Source: Narcine bancroftii (lineage: Eukaryota). From it: a stretch of 64,000 nt of DNA. Each line of letters opens with the position of its first letter. The stretch's first letter is position 1. The notes under the pieces were generated by a model. That model worked only from the letters and a program-made list of their open reading frames with translations. It was not told the DNA's origin and searched no databases. The stretch lies in the NCBI RefSeq assembly GCF_036971445.1, contig NC_091481.1, positions 73,904,001 to 73,968,000 on the forward strand. The letters are read 5' to 3'. This document shows, piece by piece, positions 36,961 through 48,580 of the stretch. Made by a program: the position numbers and the translations under genes.

Positions 36961-39825
36961 TTTACAGCCAGCAATAGCAGCTGGGACTGGAACAGGACAA
37001 GCTGGCAAGCTTTTGCAAAACCCCATTTTGGAAGACGGATTCTTATTTCAGCCTGGTCAAAGCCCTTGTGGGACATGCAAAAGGAGAAGGCTAGCTGTCT
37101 AATGTTTCACTTGAAATAAAAGAAACAAAAAGAAACTCTGTGTGACCTGAAAGAAAGAGGTTATCATCTGGAGAACCCTGGAGGGGGCAAGTTTTGTCAG
37201 CAAGACACTGAGGTGGATGATTAAAAAGGAATCAGTTGCGGATGTCCTGGAACAATGAATCTCTCTCTGAAAACTGACAAGAACCTTCGTAAGTGGTGAC
37301 CATATACCTTTCAAGCAACGAAGCCTGGTGAGCTTTATAAATGTTAAATTCTGTGCACAGTATCAGAATTGCTTGCAACCAGTGAACTTGGAGGTATGAG
37401 AAGACAGATTGGACTGTGAATCAAAGAACATTTCTGAACTTACACACACATTACATACACGTGCTCTTAGAATTAGAAGGGGGTTAAGTTAGGTTAGTTA
37501 AGTCAATAGTGATGATAAAGTGAGATTCTCTTTTCATGTTTAAAGATAATTAAACACAACCATCACCTGCAGAGCTGCAGAGCAAGAGAAAAGAGGAACT
37601 GAAGGTTATTTCTAAAGATGATTGAAGCCAAGATCTGGATGAAGTAAATACAAAGACAGAGGATTAAAGTTGAGGGAAAATGTGTTGAGAAAGATAGATA
37701 ATTTTCCTGAGTATAGATCTGTTGAATTGTAATTGGAGTTGGAGATATTGTGGGTGGAAGAGGAATTTTGAGTTGCAGAGACAACAATATGAGGCTGAAA
37801 AACAGATATATGAAGCAGAGGAAGCTGAAAAACAGAGGAAAAATGTACTGAGCCCCGATCTGAAGCTTTGCACGTACCGTTAATCTACCTGTGCTTCGAG
37901 CAATAAAGCCCCATCATTCATATCCCCTTTGCAATAACACGTCTCACTCATGGCAACATTATCGTCATTCTTCTCTGCACTCTCAAGCCTGACGAGATCT
38001 TTTCTGCACCACGTCAAGTCAAGTTTAATGTCATCAGATTGTACAAGTACAACCTGATGAAACAGCGTTCTACGGTCTGCGGTGCAAAACACACAAGGCA
38101 CACAATGAGGCAGATCGCATGGTAGACAAAAAAATGCATATGTGGGACAAGAATTCTATCTATAAAAATAAATAACTTATTTTTTTTTTACCTATGAAAA
38201 TCTCAGATGGTTAGTGTGCGCAGTTCCTTTAGTCGTTCAGCATTCTCACTGCCCATGGGAAGAAGGTGTTCCTTAGCCTAGTGGTGCTGGCTTTGATACT
38301 CCTGTAGTTTTTCCTTGATATGAGCAGCTAAAATATGATGTGTGCAGGGTGGAAGGGATCCTCAGTGATTTTGTGCCCCCTCTTCATACCATCCCGGTAG
38401 ATCATGTCAGTGTGGGGAAAGGGGGGAACACACAAGTGATCATTTCTGCCACTTTTAAGGTCCTGTGGATTAACCTCCATTCCATTTCTCTGCAGCAACC
38501 GTACCACACTGTGATGCAGCCGGCCAGGACACATTCGATAGAGCTCCTGTAGACTGTTGACATAATGGTGGCCGGTAGCCTTGCCTGCTTCAGAATTCTC
38601 AGAAAGTGCAGTCGCTGTTGCACCTCCCGACATGGTGAGAGTCCAAGTTAGGTCATTAGTTAAGTGAACTCCAAGGAACTTGGTGTTCGCCACTCTGTCT
38701 ACTACAGAGTTGTTGATGAGGTGAAGGGTGGTTGATCTTGGTTCTCCTGAAATACACATTCATCTCCTTTGTCTTGTCTGCGTTGAGACTCGAACCATTT
38801 CATGAGAGTTTCCACCTCTTCTCTGTAGTGTTACAAGATCAAACCAGCAACCACAAAGAAGGTATATCACACAGGAGTAATGATGAACAATTACTTTATT
38901 AACAAAAATTCACTTTCAAACTTTAATTCAAAATCCCCCCCCCCCACCCTTTCATAGCATTGCCCACTGGTCACTATGCAAATTTCTATTACAGTGTAAA
39001 ACTACTAAATTCCCCAGCCTAAATATAACATTTGGTAAACTGAAGCCAAAAGATCTTAGAGGGCACAAAATTCGAAGTGTTGCTTGCAGAGAGAGGAACC
39101 ACAGGCTTGGTCCGGATCCTTCTGGCTGCCTTTGGAATGATTCATCCTTTTTGAAATCCCAACATTCTAAACTGTCCTGCAGACCATGACCATGTCTGGG
39201 CCTTTTTCCACTCCACAACACCACCCAGTGGTGGTTTATTGTCCAAGTCCAGAAATTTTTTTCTTTTTCAATTCCTTCAGAGTCTGTCTCCCACTCTCTC
39301 AAGCACTCCACCTTCACCTTGGCTCTGGCCCTCTAAGCCAAACTGTCACTTTTTAACATAAAACCACATAACACATAGGCCAATACACAACACAGAACTC
39401 TGTAACAGTGGCGCGATTTATAATTATTGCTGATGAGGCCAACGACTGCTGTGTTGTCTGCAAACTTGATGACACTGTTGGAGCTGGATCTGGGGATTCA
39501 AATATGGGTCAGTCGCATGAAACGGAGCGGGCTGAGCACACAGCCCTCAGGTGAAAAATATCGTAACTAATGTCCACATCTCAAAGTCATTGCAATTGTC
39601 AGTCTAGGGTTTCACAATCCTTCAATTTCACTAATTAAGCTCAGCGTCACGGAGCAATTTAATGTGGCTGATGTAATCCATTCATTATATTATTGAAATG
39701 GTCTATTTTTAACTCTATTGAAACCTCACAGTCCCTGTGGAAATCCCACATAGTATAAATACTCCTAAACAGTTCATCTAGAAAGTTTGATTCAGAGTAA
39801 TTGCCCGCAGAATAAAGGGCAGAAA

Positions 39826-42258
39826 ATGCTGGAAACATATTACGAGGTCGAGAAGATATTGTATGTTATCATTTCCGTCATTGGAGTTCCTGGTAAGTGA
39901 GTGGGACAATTTCAGTTCTGTAACTGTGCGCTTCCCGGACCTGATCGACTGATATTCATGTCACATAGCTTATTTCAACAGTTTGGAGTGGACCAAATTT
40001 CATAGGAGCAGATATAGGTTCTTCAGCTCAACGAGTCTGCCCCGCCATTCAATCATGAGCTCAGCCCCACTGCACAGCCTTCTCCCCATAACTTTTAACC
40101 TGTCTATTCAAGAACCTATCAATGTCTTCCTTACATACAAATCCAGTGACTTAACCTCCACAACTGCCTACGGCAACAAATTCCACAGATTTACTGCCCT
40201 CTGACTGAAGAAATTCCTCCGCATCTCTGTTCTAAGCGGACGCCCTTCAATCCTGAAGTTGTGCCCTCTTGTATTCAACTCCCCCTCCATGGGAAACAAC
40301 TTTCTGCATCTCCTCTGTCCGCACCTTGCACCATTCAAAATGTTTCATCCCTTCTCCTAAATTCCAATGATACAGGCCAAAACGGTCAAATGCTCCTCAG
40401 ATGATCACTCTTTCATTCCTGGAATCATCCTTGTGAACCTCCTTTGAACCCTCTTGAATGTCAGCACATCCTTTCATAAATAGGGAGCCCAAAACTTCTC
40501 ACCATACATCCAAGTGAGGACTCACCAGTGCCTTGTAAAGCCTCAGCATCACATCCCTGCTCTTCTATTCTATTCCCCTCGGAACGAAAGCCACAACCTG
40601 GGTTATTAATCGTGAAATATTGCTGTATTTCATTCCTCTTCTGAACAGACAAAACATCTCCTTTTTGTAACAACACAGTGGACACGTTATGTCAAGAGGC
40701 ACCTTGCGTCAAGTTGTAACAGAGCTTGGGACAGGCAGCATTCAGAAAAGGTGTGCGGGGAGGGTTTGATATTGTGAAGTTGGATGTTTTTGAGTATCAG
40801 AGTGAAGACTTGATCTGGATTCTGCCACAGTTGGAAACCGCTGTCTGTCTGTGAACTATTGTGATAGATCCCGAGAACGAGTGGCTGCAGATTTGCAGGC
40901 AGGCGGTCTGGTGAAATGTGAATTAATCCATTCTGCTGTCAGATTCTAAGATGCCCTTGCCTTGTCTCTGCAACCTCCCTTGCCCCATAAGATGCTGTTT
41001 CACGAAATCTGATAAAACACGTCTGGTCAGGGTTTTACTCTGTGAAATGGGCTTTCGCTGTTCAACCCACACAAGTACTTGAACCCTTCTCCTTGAAGCC
41101 GACACGTGGATCCATGACCCACATGTCACATTTGTCGCCCCTCACCTACTTCAAAACTGGATTTTACGTGAAAATCCATCGGGTGTTCAAAATAGGAGAA
41201 TGGGTTCAGTGATGAAGGGCTCAAGCTCAAAGCGTTGCTTAAGTATCATCTTTACTGTATAAAGTAGACTCTATGACACCTGAGTTCCCCCCACGTTGTG
41301 CTTTTCCTTGTGTTCAATAATGCCAATGTGCTTGATCTCACTTTCTCCAGTGAATGTGGTGGCAATTGTGATCCTGTCCCGGGGAAAGTGCGGCCTTTCC
41401 ACCTGCACCACTCGCTACCTGTTGGCCATGGCAGTGTCGGATCTACTGGTCATTATAATTGTGGTCATTTTCTACCGATTATATTATCATTATTTTCCGG
41501 TGAATTTCCAGAATAGCACCAACGTGTGCAAAGCCATTTATGCCCTGGCTTATGCAGCTGCCAACTGTTCTGTCTGGTTCACTGTTACTTTCACTCTCGA
41601 TCGTTTTGTGGCCATTTGCTGTCAGAAACTGAAGACCAAATATTGCACCGGGACTGTTGCGGCTTTTGTTGTAGTGACCACCGGCGTCCTGCTCAGCCTG
41701 AAAAACATTCCCTTCTACTTTGCCTATCAGCCAAGATGGATCTTTGACAATGTACCGTGGCTCTGTGTACTGACAGACAGTTATTACACTGACCCAGGGT
41801 GGGTGGCATTTGACTGGCTCGATAAAGTTTTAACTCCGTTGGTTCCTTTCGCTGTAATTCTGCTGCTCAATGCTTTGACGATCCGGCACATTTTAGTGGC
41901 CAGTCGTGTCCGGAAGGGGCTAAAGAATCAGAGCAAGGGGGAGAACCGCAACGACCCGGAGATGGAGAGCAGAAGGAGGTCTGTGGTGTTACTTTTCACG
42001 CTCTCCGCCAGCTTCATCTTCCTGTGGCTGGTGTATGTGGTAGAATTCGCCTACTATCAGATCTCATGGAGCGGAATAGATCGGAATCATTGGGAAATAA
42101 TCTTTCACGAAGCTGGATATTTACTGAGTAATTTCAGCTGCTGCACGAACACATTTATTTATGCTGCGACTCAATCCAAATTCAGGGGGCAGATCAAGAT
42201 CGCGGTGAAATATCCAGTCATCTCAATGCTTCAGTTCATGAATAAAGCGGCTCTTTGA
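39826..42258 (+). CDS. GPR139/GPR142-like GPCR, copy 4 (exons 39826-39892 and 41351-42258; 324 aa)
   Basis: Same structure and splice sites; intact ORF. Confidence 0.92.
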
Positions 42259-44216
42259 CTTGACCCAGCGGTGACCACATGACCCCATCCTGGTCTCCGC
42301 TTCCTGAAATTCACCCCAAAGTTCAGGTGCTTTCCTGGGTGGGACCATCAGCTCCGGACGTTTCCACGCTCACAGATAACGCTCTCACCCTATTGCTTTC
42401 CATATCGTGGTGAGGTCCGAGCCGTCCTGGCCGAAACGATGATCATCTCCCTTCCCTGACGGCTAAAGGAACCCTTAACCCCTGACCTTTCAGGTGCCAC
42501 CCTCTACCCGAGTCTCCCATGGTCAGCGAGAAGCTGTGGGGAATGATAGCGACATCCGACTCCCGTCAGTCGGCGTCTGTGACGCTCCACTCCTGATGTT
42601 TCAATGTCGATATTGCAGAGTAAAAAGAAATCGAGTCGGCCAGCTGGGCCCTCAACCCGGATCTGATTTTCAGTCACGGCCAACACACTCAAGCTTCAAA
42701 TCCCTCATGGCACATCTAAACTTCACTAACTTAACAATTGTCTGTTTTTCTCAAACAATGCTGCTTCGGCCAATTTCGCCTCCATTGTAACCAATACGAT
42801 ACATTCTATGAGAGGCTATTTACAGGCACCTTGATGTAAAACGTTTGTTATGTTGAAAATTCCTCTAATTGCTGAATGATATCTTCCCTGTCTGGCAGGA
42901 CCTTGTATAACCATATAACAATTACAGCACGGAATCAGGCCATTTTGTCATTTCTAGTCCGCACGGAACCAAGTCCTCTCCTCTAGTCCCATCGACCTGC
43001 CCAGAACTCTCTATTCCCCTCCCATCCATATACCTATCCAATTTTCCTTAAATGACAAAATAGACCCTGCCGCTGCTACTGCTCCGGGAAGCTCTTTCCA
43101 CACAGCACCACTCTCTGAGAGAAGAATTTCCCCCTCATGATTCTTCTAAACTTTTCCCTCTTAACTCATGACCTCTTGTTTCAATCTCTCCTACTCTCAA
43201 TGGAAAAAGTCTCTCCACAACAACTCTATCTATTCCCCTCATAATCTTAAATATCTCAATCAAATCCTTTCTCAACCTTTTGTGCTCCAAGGAATAAAGA
43301 CCAAATCTGTTCAATCTTTCTTTGTAATCTAGATTCTGAATCCAAGTTAACATTTTCGTAAATCTTCTCTGCATTCTCTCTACCTTGTCGATATCCTTCC
43401 TATAATTTGGTGACCAGAATTGCACACAGTATTCCAAAATTGGCTTCATCAATGCCTTGAACAGTTTCAACATCACTTCCCAACTTCTGTATTCTATACT
43501 TTGATTTATATAGGCCAGCCTACTAAAAGCCTTCTACCTATCTACAAGAGATTCTACCTTCAGGGAATGATGAACCATTATTCCTAGATCTTTCTGCTCA
43601 ACTGCATTTCTCAATGCCCTCCCATTTACTATGTATGTCCTGTGTTGATTACTTCTTCCAAAATCAATCACTTCATATTTATCAGCAATAAACTCCATCT
43701 GCCATTTTTCAGCCCATTCTTCCAATCAGTGCAAATCCCTCTGCAAACTTTTAAAACCTTCATTATCCACAATTTTACCTATTTTTATATCATCCACGTA
43801 TTTACCAATCCAATTTACCACCCCATCATCCAGATCATTCATGTAAATGACAAACATGAAGGGACCCAATAGAGATCCCTGAGGCACACCGCTTGTTACC
43901 GACCTCCAGCCTGACAAACAGTTATCCACTCGACTAGGCTCTTTGGCATGTTTCCATAAGATCCCATCATTCTTCTAAAACTCACAGAATACATATCCAA
44001 GCTTTTATCCAATGACATTTATCGAAATGAGTGGCAATTTGGCGCCTGCCATAATTTCCGTTTCGATAACCATCCTGGCTTCACCCATTAATAGCGTGGG
44101 TCCAAATCTAATATTAGGAACAGCACATCATGTTCCTGGTGGACACCCAATGCTATGAATATCCTTGATCACCTATACCTTGGTCTGATTGCACGATTCT
44201 GATCTATTTACCTATC

Positions 44217-44959
44217 TTGTCGGAGCCACCTTCTATATGGAAAAGAACTTGCTGTTCTAAGAGGGTCATGTTGTTTTGCAAGGAGAGAGAGAGTCTAACA
44301 GATTTTTTTTCTCAGAGAGAGAGAGTGAGAGAGAGAGATCGCTTCTACAGTTTTACAGCCAGCAATAGCATCTGGAACTGGAACAGGACAAGCTTGCAAA
44401 CTTGTGGAAAACACCATTTTGGAAGATGGGTTCTTATTTCAGCCTGGTCAAAGCCCTTGTAAGTCATGCAAAAGGAGAAGACTGGTTGTCTAATGTTTCA
44501 CTTGAAATAAAAGAAACAAAAAGGAACTCTGTATGACCTGAAAGAAAGAGGTTATCATCTGGAGAACCCTGATGGGGGCAAGTTTTGTCAGCAAGACACT
44601 GAAGTGGCTGATTAAAAAGGAATCAGTTGTGGATGTCCTGGAACAATGAATCTCTCTCTGAAAACCGACAAGAACCTTCGTGTGCACAGTATAAGAATTG
44701 CCTGCAACCAGTGAACTTGGAGGAATGAGAAGACAGATTGGACTGTGAATCAAAGAACGTTTATGAACCTACACAAACATTACATATACGTGCTGTTAGA
44801 ATTAGAAGCGGGGTTAGGTTAGTTAAGTCAATGGTGATGTTAAAGTGAGATTCTCTTTTCATGTTTAAAGATAATTAAAAGGAACTTTTGTTTAAGTAGC
44901 CATTTATCTTGGTGAATATCTACTGCTGCTGTGTTTATGGGTTCTCTGGACTCGTAACA
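44217..44959 (+). mobile_element. LTR family B, 5'-deleted, closing the array
   Basis: Homologous to the other LTR-B copies; intact 3' end ctcgtaaca. Confidence 0.85.
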
Positions 44960-46335
44960 GATGAAATTTGTAGCCATGAGCACTCATATGGGTCACAGCT
45001 ACCCCATTTGTTTGTTAGATTTGTGGAGCAAGCCGACACAGGGAAGAACCCCCAGTGTTTTCTCAGGTATACCGACAACTACATTGGGGCCACCTCATTC
45101 ACCCATGATTAGCTTGTCAACTTCATCCACTTAGGCCAACTTCCACGCTGATCTCAAACTCACCTGATCCATCTGGATAACACCCTCCCCTTCCTGGATC
45201 TGCCTCCATCCATACTATAAACCCTCCAACCCCCACAATTATATGAACTACACTTCCTCACACCCTGCCTCCTGCAAAGATTCCATCTCCTTTTCTCATT
45301 TTCTCCACTTCTGCCCCATCTGTTCCAAAGATGAGCTCTCTTAATCCAGAGCTTCTGAAATGGCTGCCTTTGTCCGCAAACGTGGCTTCCCCATCACCAC
45401 CAACTCAGCCCTCAACTGCATTTCCTCCATTTCCTGCTTATCTTCCCTGGCCCCCTCTGCCCCAAGATGCAACAAACATAGAATCCCTCTTATCCTCACC
45501 TACCACCCACCAGCCTCCACATCCAACACATCATCTATCGTAATTTCTGGCACTTACTACAGGATCCCACCACCAGACACATTTTTCCCTCTTGACCTTC
45601 CGTCTGGTCTGCTCCCTCTACGATTCCCTCTTGCACTCATCCCTCCCCACCCATCGCACCCCTGACACCTTCCTCTGTGCCCAAAGGAAGTAAAACACTT
45701 GCGCCCACACCTCCACCACCGTCCGGGGCTCCAAACAGGCCTGTAGACTTATTTACTGCATTCAGTGCACCCTTTGTGGCATTCTCTACATTGGAGAGAC
45801 AGGTCGCAGACTAGGAGATCACTTTGCTCAGCACCTCTGCTCTGTTTGCAATCACTGTGACCTCCCAGTGGCCAAGCATTTAAATTCCTGGTCACATCCC
45901 CATGCTCACAGGTCCATCCATGAGACATCCATGTCTCACCTTGACCACTCACAGATTGGAGGAACCACACCTTATTTTCCATCTAAGTACTCGCTAGCCA
46001 CATGACATGAACATTGACCACTACTTTACATTGAACCTTCTTGCCTTTATATGCCCTCCCCTTTTCCTGTCTTTCCACACAGTCCTGCCATCCCCTGCCC
46101 CTCATTTCTGCTGTCCCCTCCCTCCTTTCTCCATCTAAGATCTCCAGCCTTTGCCAAACCCCTCCCCCAACATTTTTGATCTGATGCTTGCCGGCATTTT
46201 CCCATTGGTCTCTAACCCAAAACATCAGTTAGGTATCATTTCCTTTGCAACATAAAGGACTCTATTTAACCTGTTGAGCTTCTCCAGCATTTTGTGCTTT
46301 TATTTCAACCACAGTGACTGTAGAATTCTGTGATT
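44960..46335 (+). mobile_element. Penelope-like retroelement remnant (RT C-terminus, GIY-YIG, terminal repeat)
   Basis: Decayed VAM..MG, LFVRFVEQ, FLRYTDNYIGA and LPFLDL; IYCIQCTLCGILYIGETGRRLGDHFAQH. Confidence 0.85.
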
Positions 46336-46340
46336 TACAT

Positions 46341-47356
46341 TATTACGAGCCCAAATGACCCCAAAACCCAGCAGAAAGAGATAGTCATCTTGACAAGTAG
46401 TTACTGAAACAAAAGTTGTTTTTAATTATCTTTAAACATGAAAGAATCAAACTTTAACTTATCACTATTAACTACCCAACTTAATCCCCTTTTAATTCTA
46501 AGTGCATGTATATGTAATGTGTGTGTAAATTTAAGAAAAGTTATTTGGTTTACAGTTCAATCTCACTTCTCATTCTTCCAAGTTCTCTGGTTGCAGGCAA
46601 TTCTTATAATGTGCACAGAATTTAACATATATAAAGTTCACCAGGCTTTAGTGCTTGAAAGGTAAATGTTTACTGCTCAGGAAGGTTCTTGTAGGGTTTG
46701 CAGAGAGAGATTTGTTGTTCCAGGATTTCCACAACTGAGGTACCACCATTAGTCACCTCAATGTCTTGCTGATGAAACTTGCCCCATCAGGGTTCTCCAG
46801 ATGATAACCTCTTTCTTTCAGGCTATCACAGAGTTCATTTCTGTTCCACTTATTCTAAGAGAAGCATCAGACAGATAGCACTTCCAGCCATCTGCCACTC
46901 TGGAGCTTCTGTTTCAGTTCCAACAAGCTTCTCCTGGCTGGCACTGTTCAGTCTCTCTCTCCATCTCTGAGATTCCCACTGCCAGCCACATGTCCTTCTC
47001 TCTCTTACTTGCAATACCCCCTCCTTCTCCAGCAAGTAATAGTAGTTAGCCTTCTGCTCCCATCTGTTGTTTTAGGTAAACAAACCTCTCATTGACATTT
47101 GAGTGAGCACTTTGCAGAGAGGTCAGAAATGTCCAACACTGACAACCTGACTCCAGGCCATTCATTTCATGACATCATTTTAATTAGCACCTTCTTGTGA
47201 AATGTGCATAGCATTCTGCATAGTTCCTGTAAAGTCACTGAATATGAATTCTTCAGTATTTCAAATAAGATCTGTTTTAAAGTGTGTGTATTTATGTAAT
47301 CTACTCTAATTTTTACAAATTTATCTCCCAAAAACATTTCCAAATATTCCATCACA
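46341..47356 (-). mobile_element. Solo LTR family B
   Basis: Reverse complement of LTR-B; flanks acat/acac (imperfect 4-bp TSD). Confidence 0.85.
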
Positions 47357-47387
47357 ACACCAATTCCCCTTTAATATCTTCAGCTGG

Positions 47388-47600
47388 GGGTGGCAAATTT
47401 GTGGAACTTGTTGTCATGGGCGGTTGTTGAGGCCAAGTGATTTGAAAGACAGATAGGTTATTGATTATCGAGGTCATCAAAGGTTATGGGGAGAAGGCTG
47501 GGCAGTGGGGCTGAGTGGGGAAATGAATCAGATCATGATTAAATGGTGAGACACACTCGATGGGCTGAATGGCCTATTTCTGCTCCTACATTGTATGGTT
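47388..47600 (+). mobile_element. CR1 3' tail
   Basis: aaggttatggggagaaggc..gatgggctgaatggcctatttctgctcct. Confidence 0.75.
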
Positions 47601-48015
47601 CCATGGTGATAAACTGGTGAAAGCAATTTGAGAACTGAGGGAGCAGTTGAGTCGTAAGTTGAGAACTGCAGAGAAAAAAAGCTGGAAGTGGTGAACTGGG
47701 GAAGGAAGAGCAAAATTAGGAATTATAACGCAACTAATTAGCAGGAAAGTGGCAGTAACCAAGAAAGAGAAAGAGGACCCACTGAATGGGGAAGTGCGTC
47801 AGGATAACTGTTGAGGAAAAGCACAGTTATGAACTGGGAGAATGCAAGAGGAAAGAAAAATGTTTTCGATTTCTCAACAATTGTCTTTCAGCCACTGGGT
47901 GCTGAGCCTGTCCTCAGATTGACTCCTTCCGTCGTCGTTGTGAGCCTGCCTCTCAGTAAAAGATTGTTTTTGAATAAAATCTTTGCAATCGATGGGTGTC
48001 TCAATTAGCGTAGAT

Positions 48016-48580
48016 GGGCAGCACATTTAGCGCAATTGCCATTTAATGCCCCAGTTACATGGCAGTTGGAAAGGGCCTGACCTGGTCAACCTCATTGGAA
48101 TCCAACTGGGTCGCTGACCTACCTCAGAGGTAGTCAGGGAACCCAGTTAAACTTACCTAGGTCTCATCATTGCCGATTTGAACAAAAAATGTGGGACAGG
48201 CTTATTCCGGTGACGTCAACATTTGCGTGCATGCGTCACCGGGCAGCCAGCATCTGAACATCCAGCAGTCCTTCCGTGAGTGGGTGACAAGTCATTGCAG
48301 GGGCAGAATCCCTCTTAAATCACTGGGTTGGTGATTTAATGGATCCATCCACCTGCGATTTAAAAGGTTATTTCCATACCTCTTCACTAGTAATCGCATC
48401 TGGGTCCTAGGAGGACTACCCAGGTGCTGCAATTTAAAAGGGGCTGTAATGGAGATTGGGACTGGGGTTCGAATTCTGCGCTGTCTGTAAGGAGTTTGTA
48501 CATTCTCCCCATGTCTGTGGGGGCTCTGGTTTCCTCCCACCATTCGAACAATACTAAGCTTTAAATTAATTGGGTGTTTC
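48016..48580 (+). mobile_element. V-domain SINE split by a putative PIF/Harbinger-like MITE (48047-48445)
   Basis: The SINE head at 48016-48045 resumes at ~48450 (ggggttcgaat..ctgtaaggagtttgtac). The insert has imperfect TIRs gccccagttacatggcag / ctgcaatttaaaaggggc. Confidence 0.55.

Larger units (their letters stand above)
10766..44959 (+). repeat. Tandem segmental array of four GPCR-bearing units (ATG-to-ATG spacing 8831, 8366, 8563 bp)
   Basis: The same order repeats in each unit: LTR-B/gag, Rex1 with nested LTR-C, promoter, GPCR, CR1, PLE remnant, (GPCR pseudogene). Confidence 0.97.

Noticed and set aside
15597-42258. Gene-wide positive selection on the receptors
   Set aside because: A hand count for copy 1 versus 2 gives ~17 synonymous and 17 replacement changes, so dN/dS is well below 1.
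10766-44959. Array as a pure assembly artefact
   Set aside because: The copies have distinct substitutions, private indels and a private LTR insertion with a TSD.
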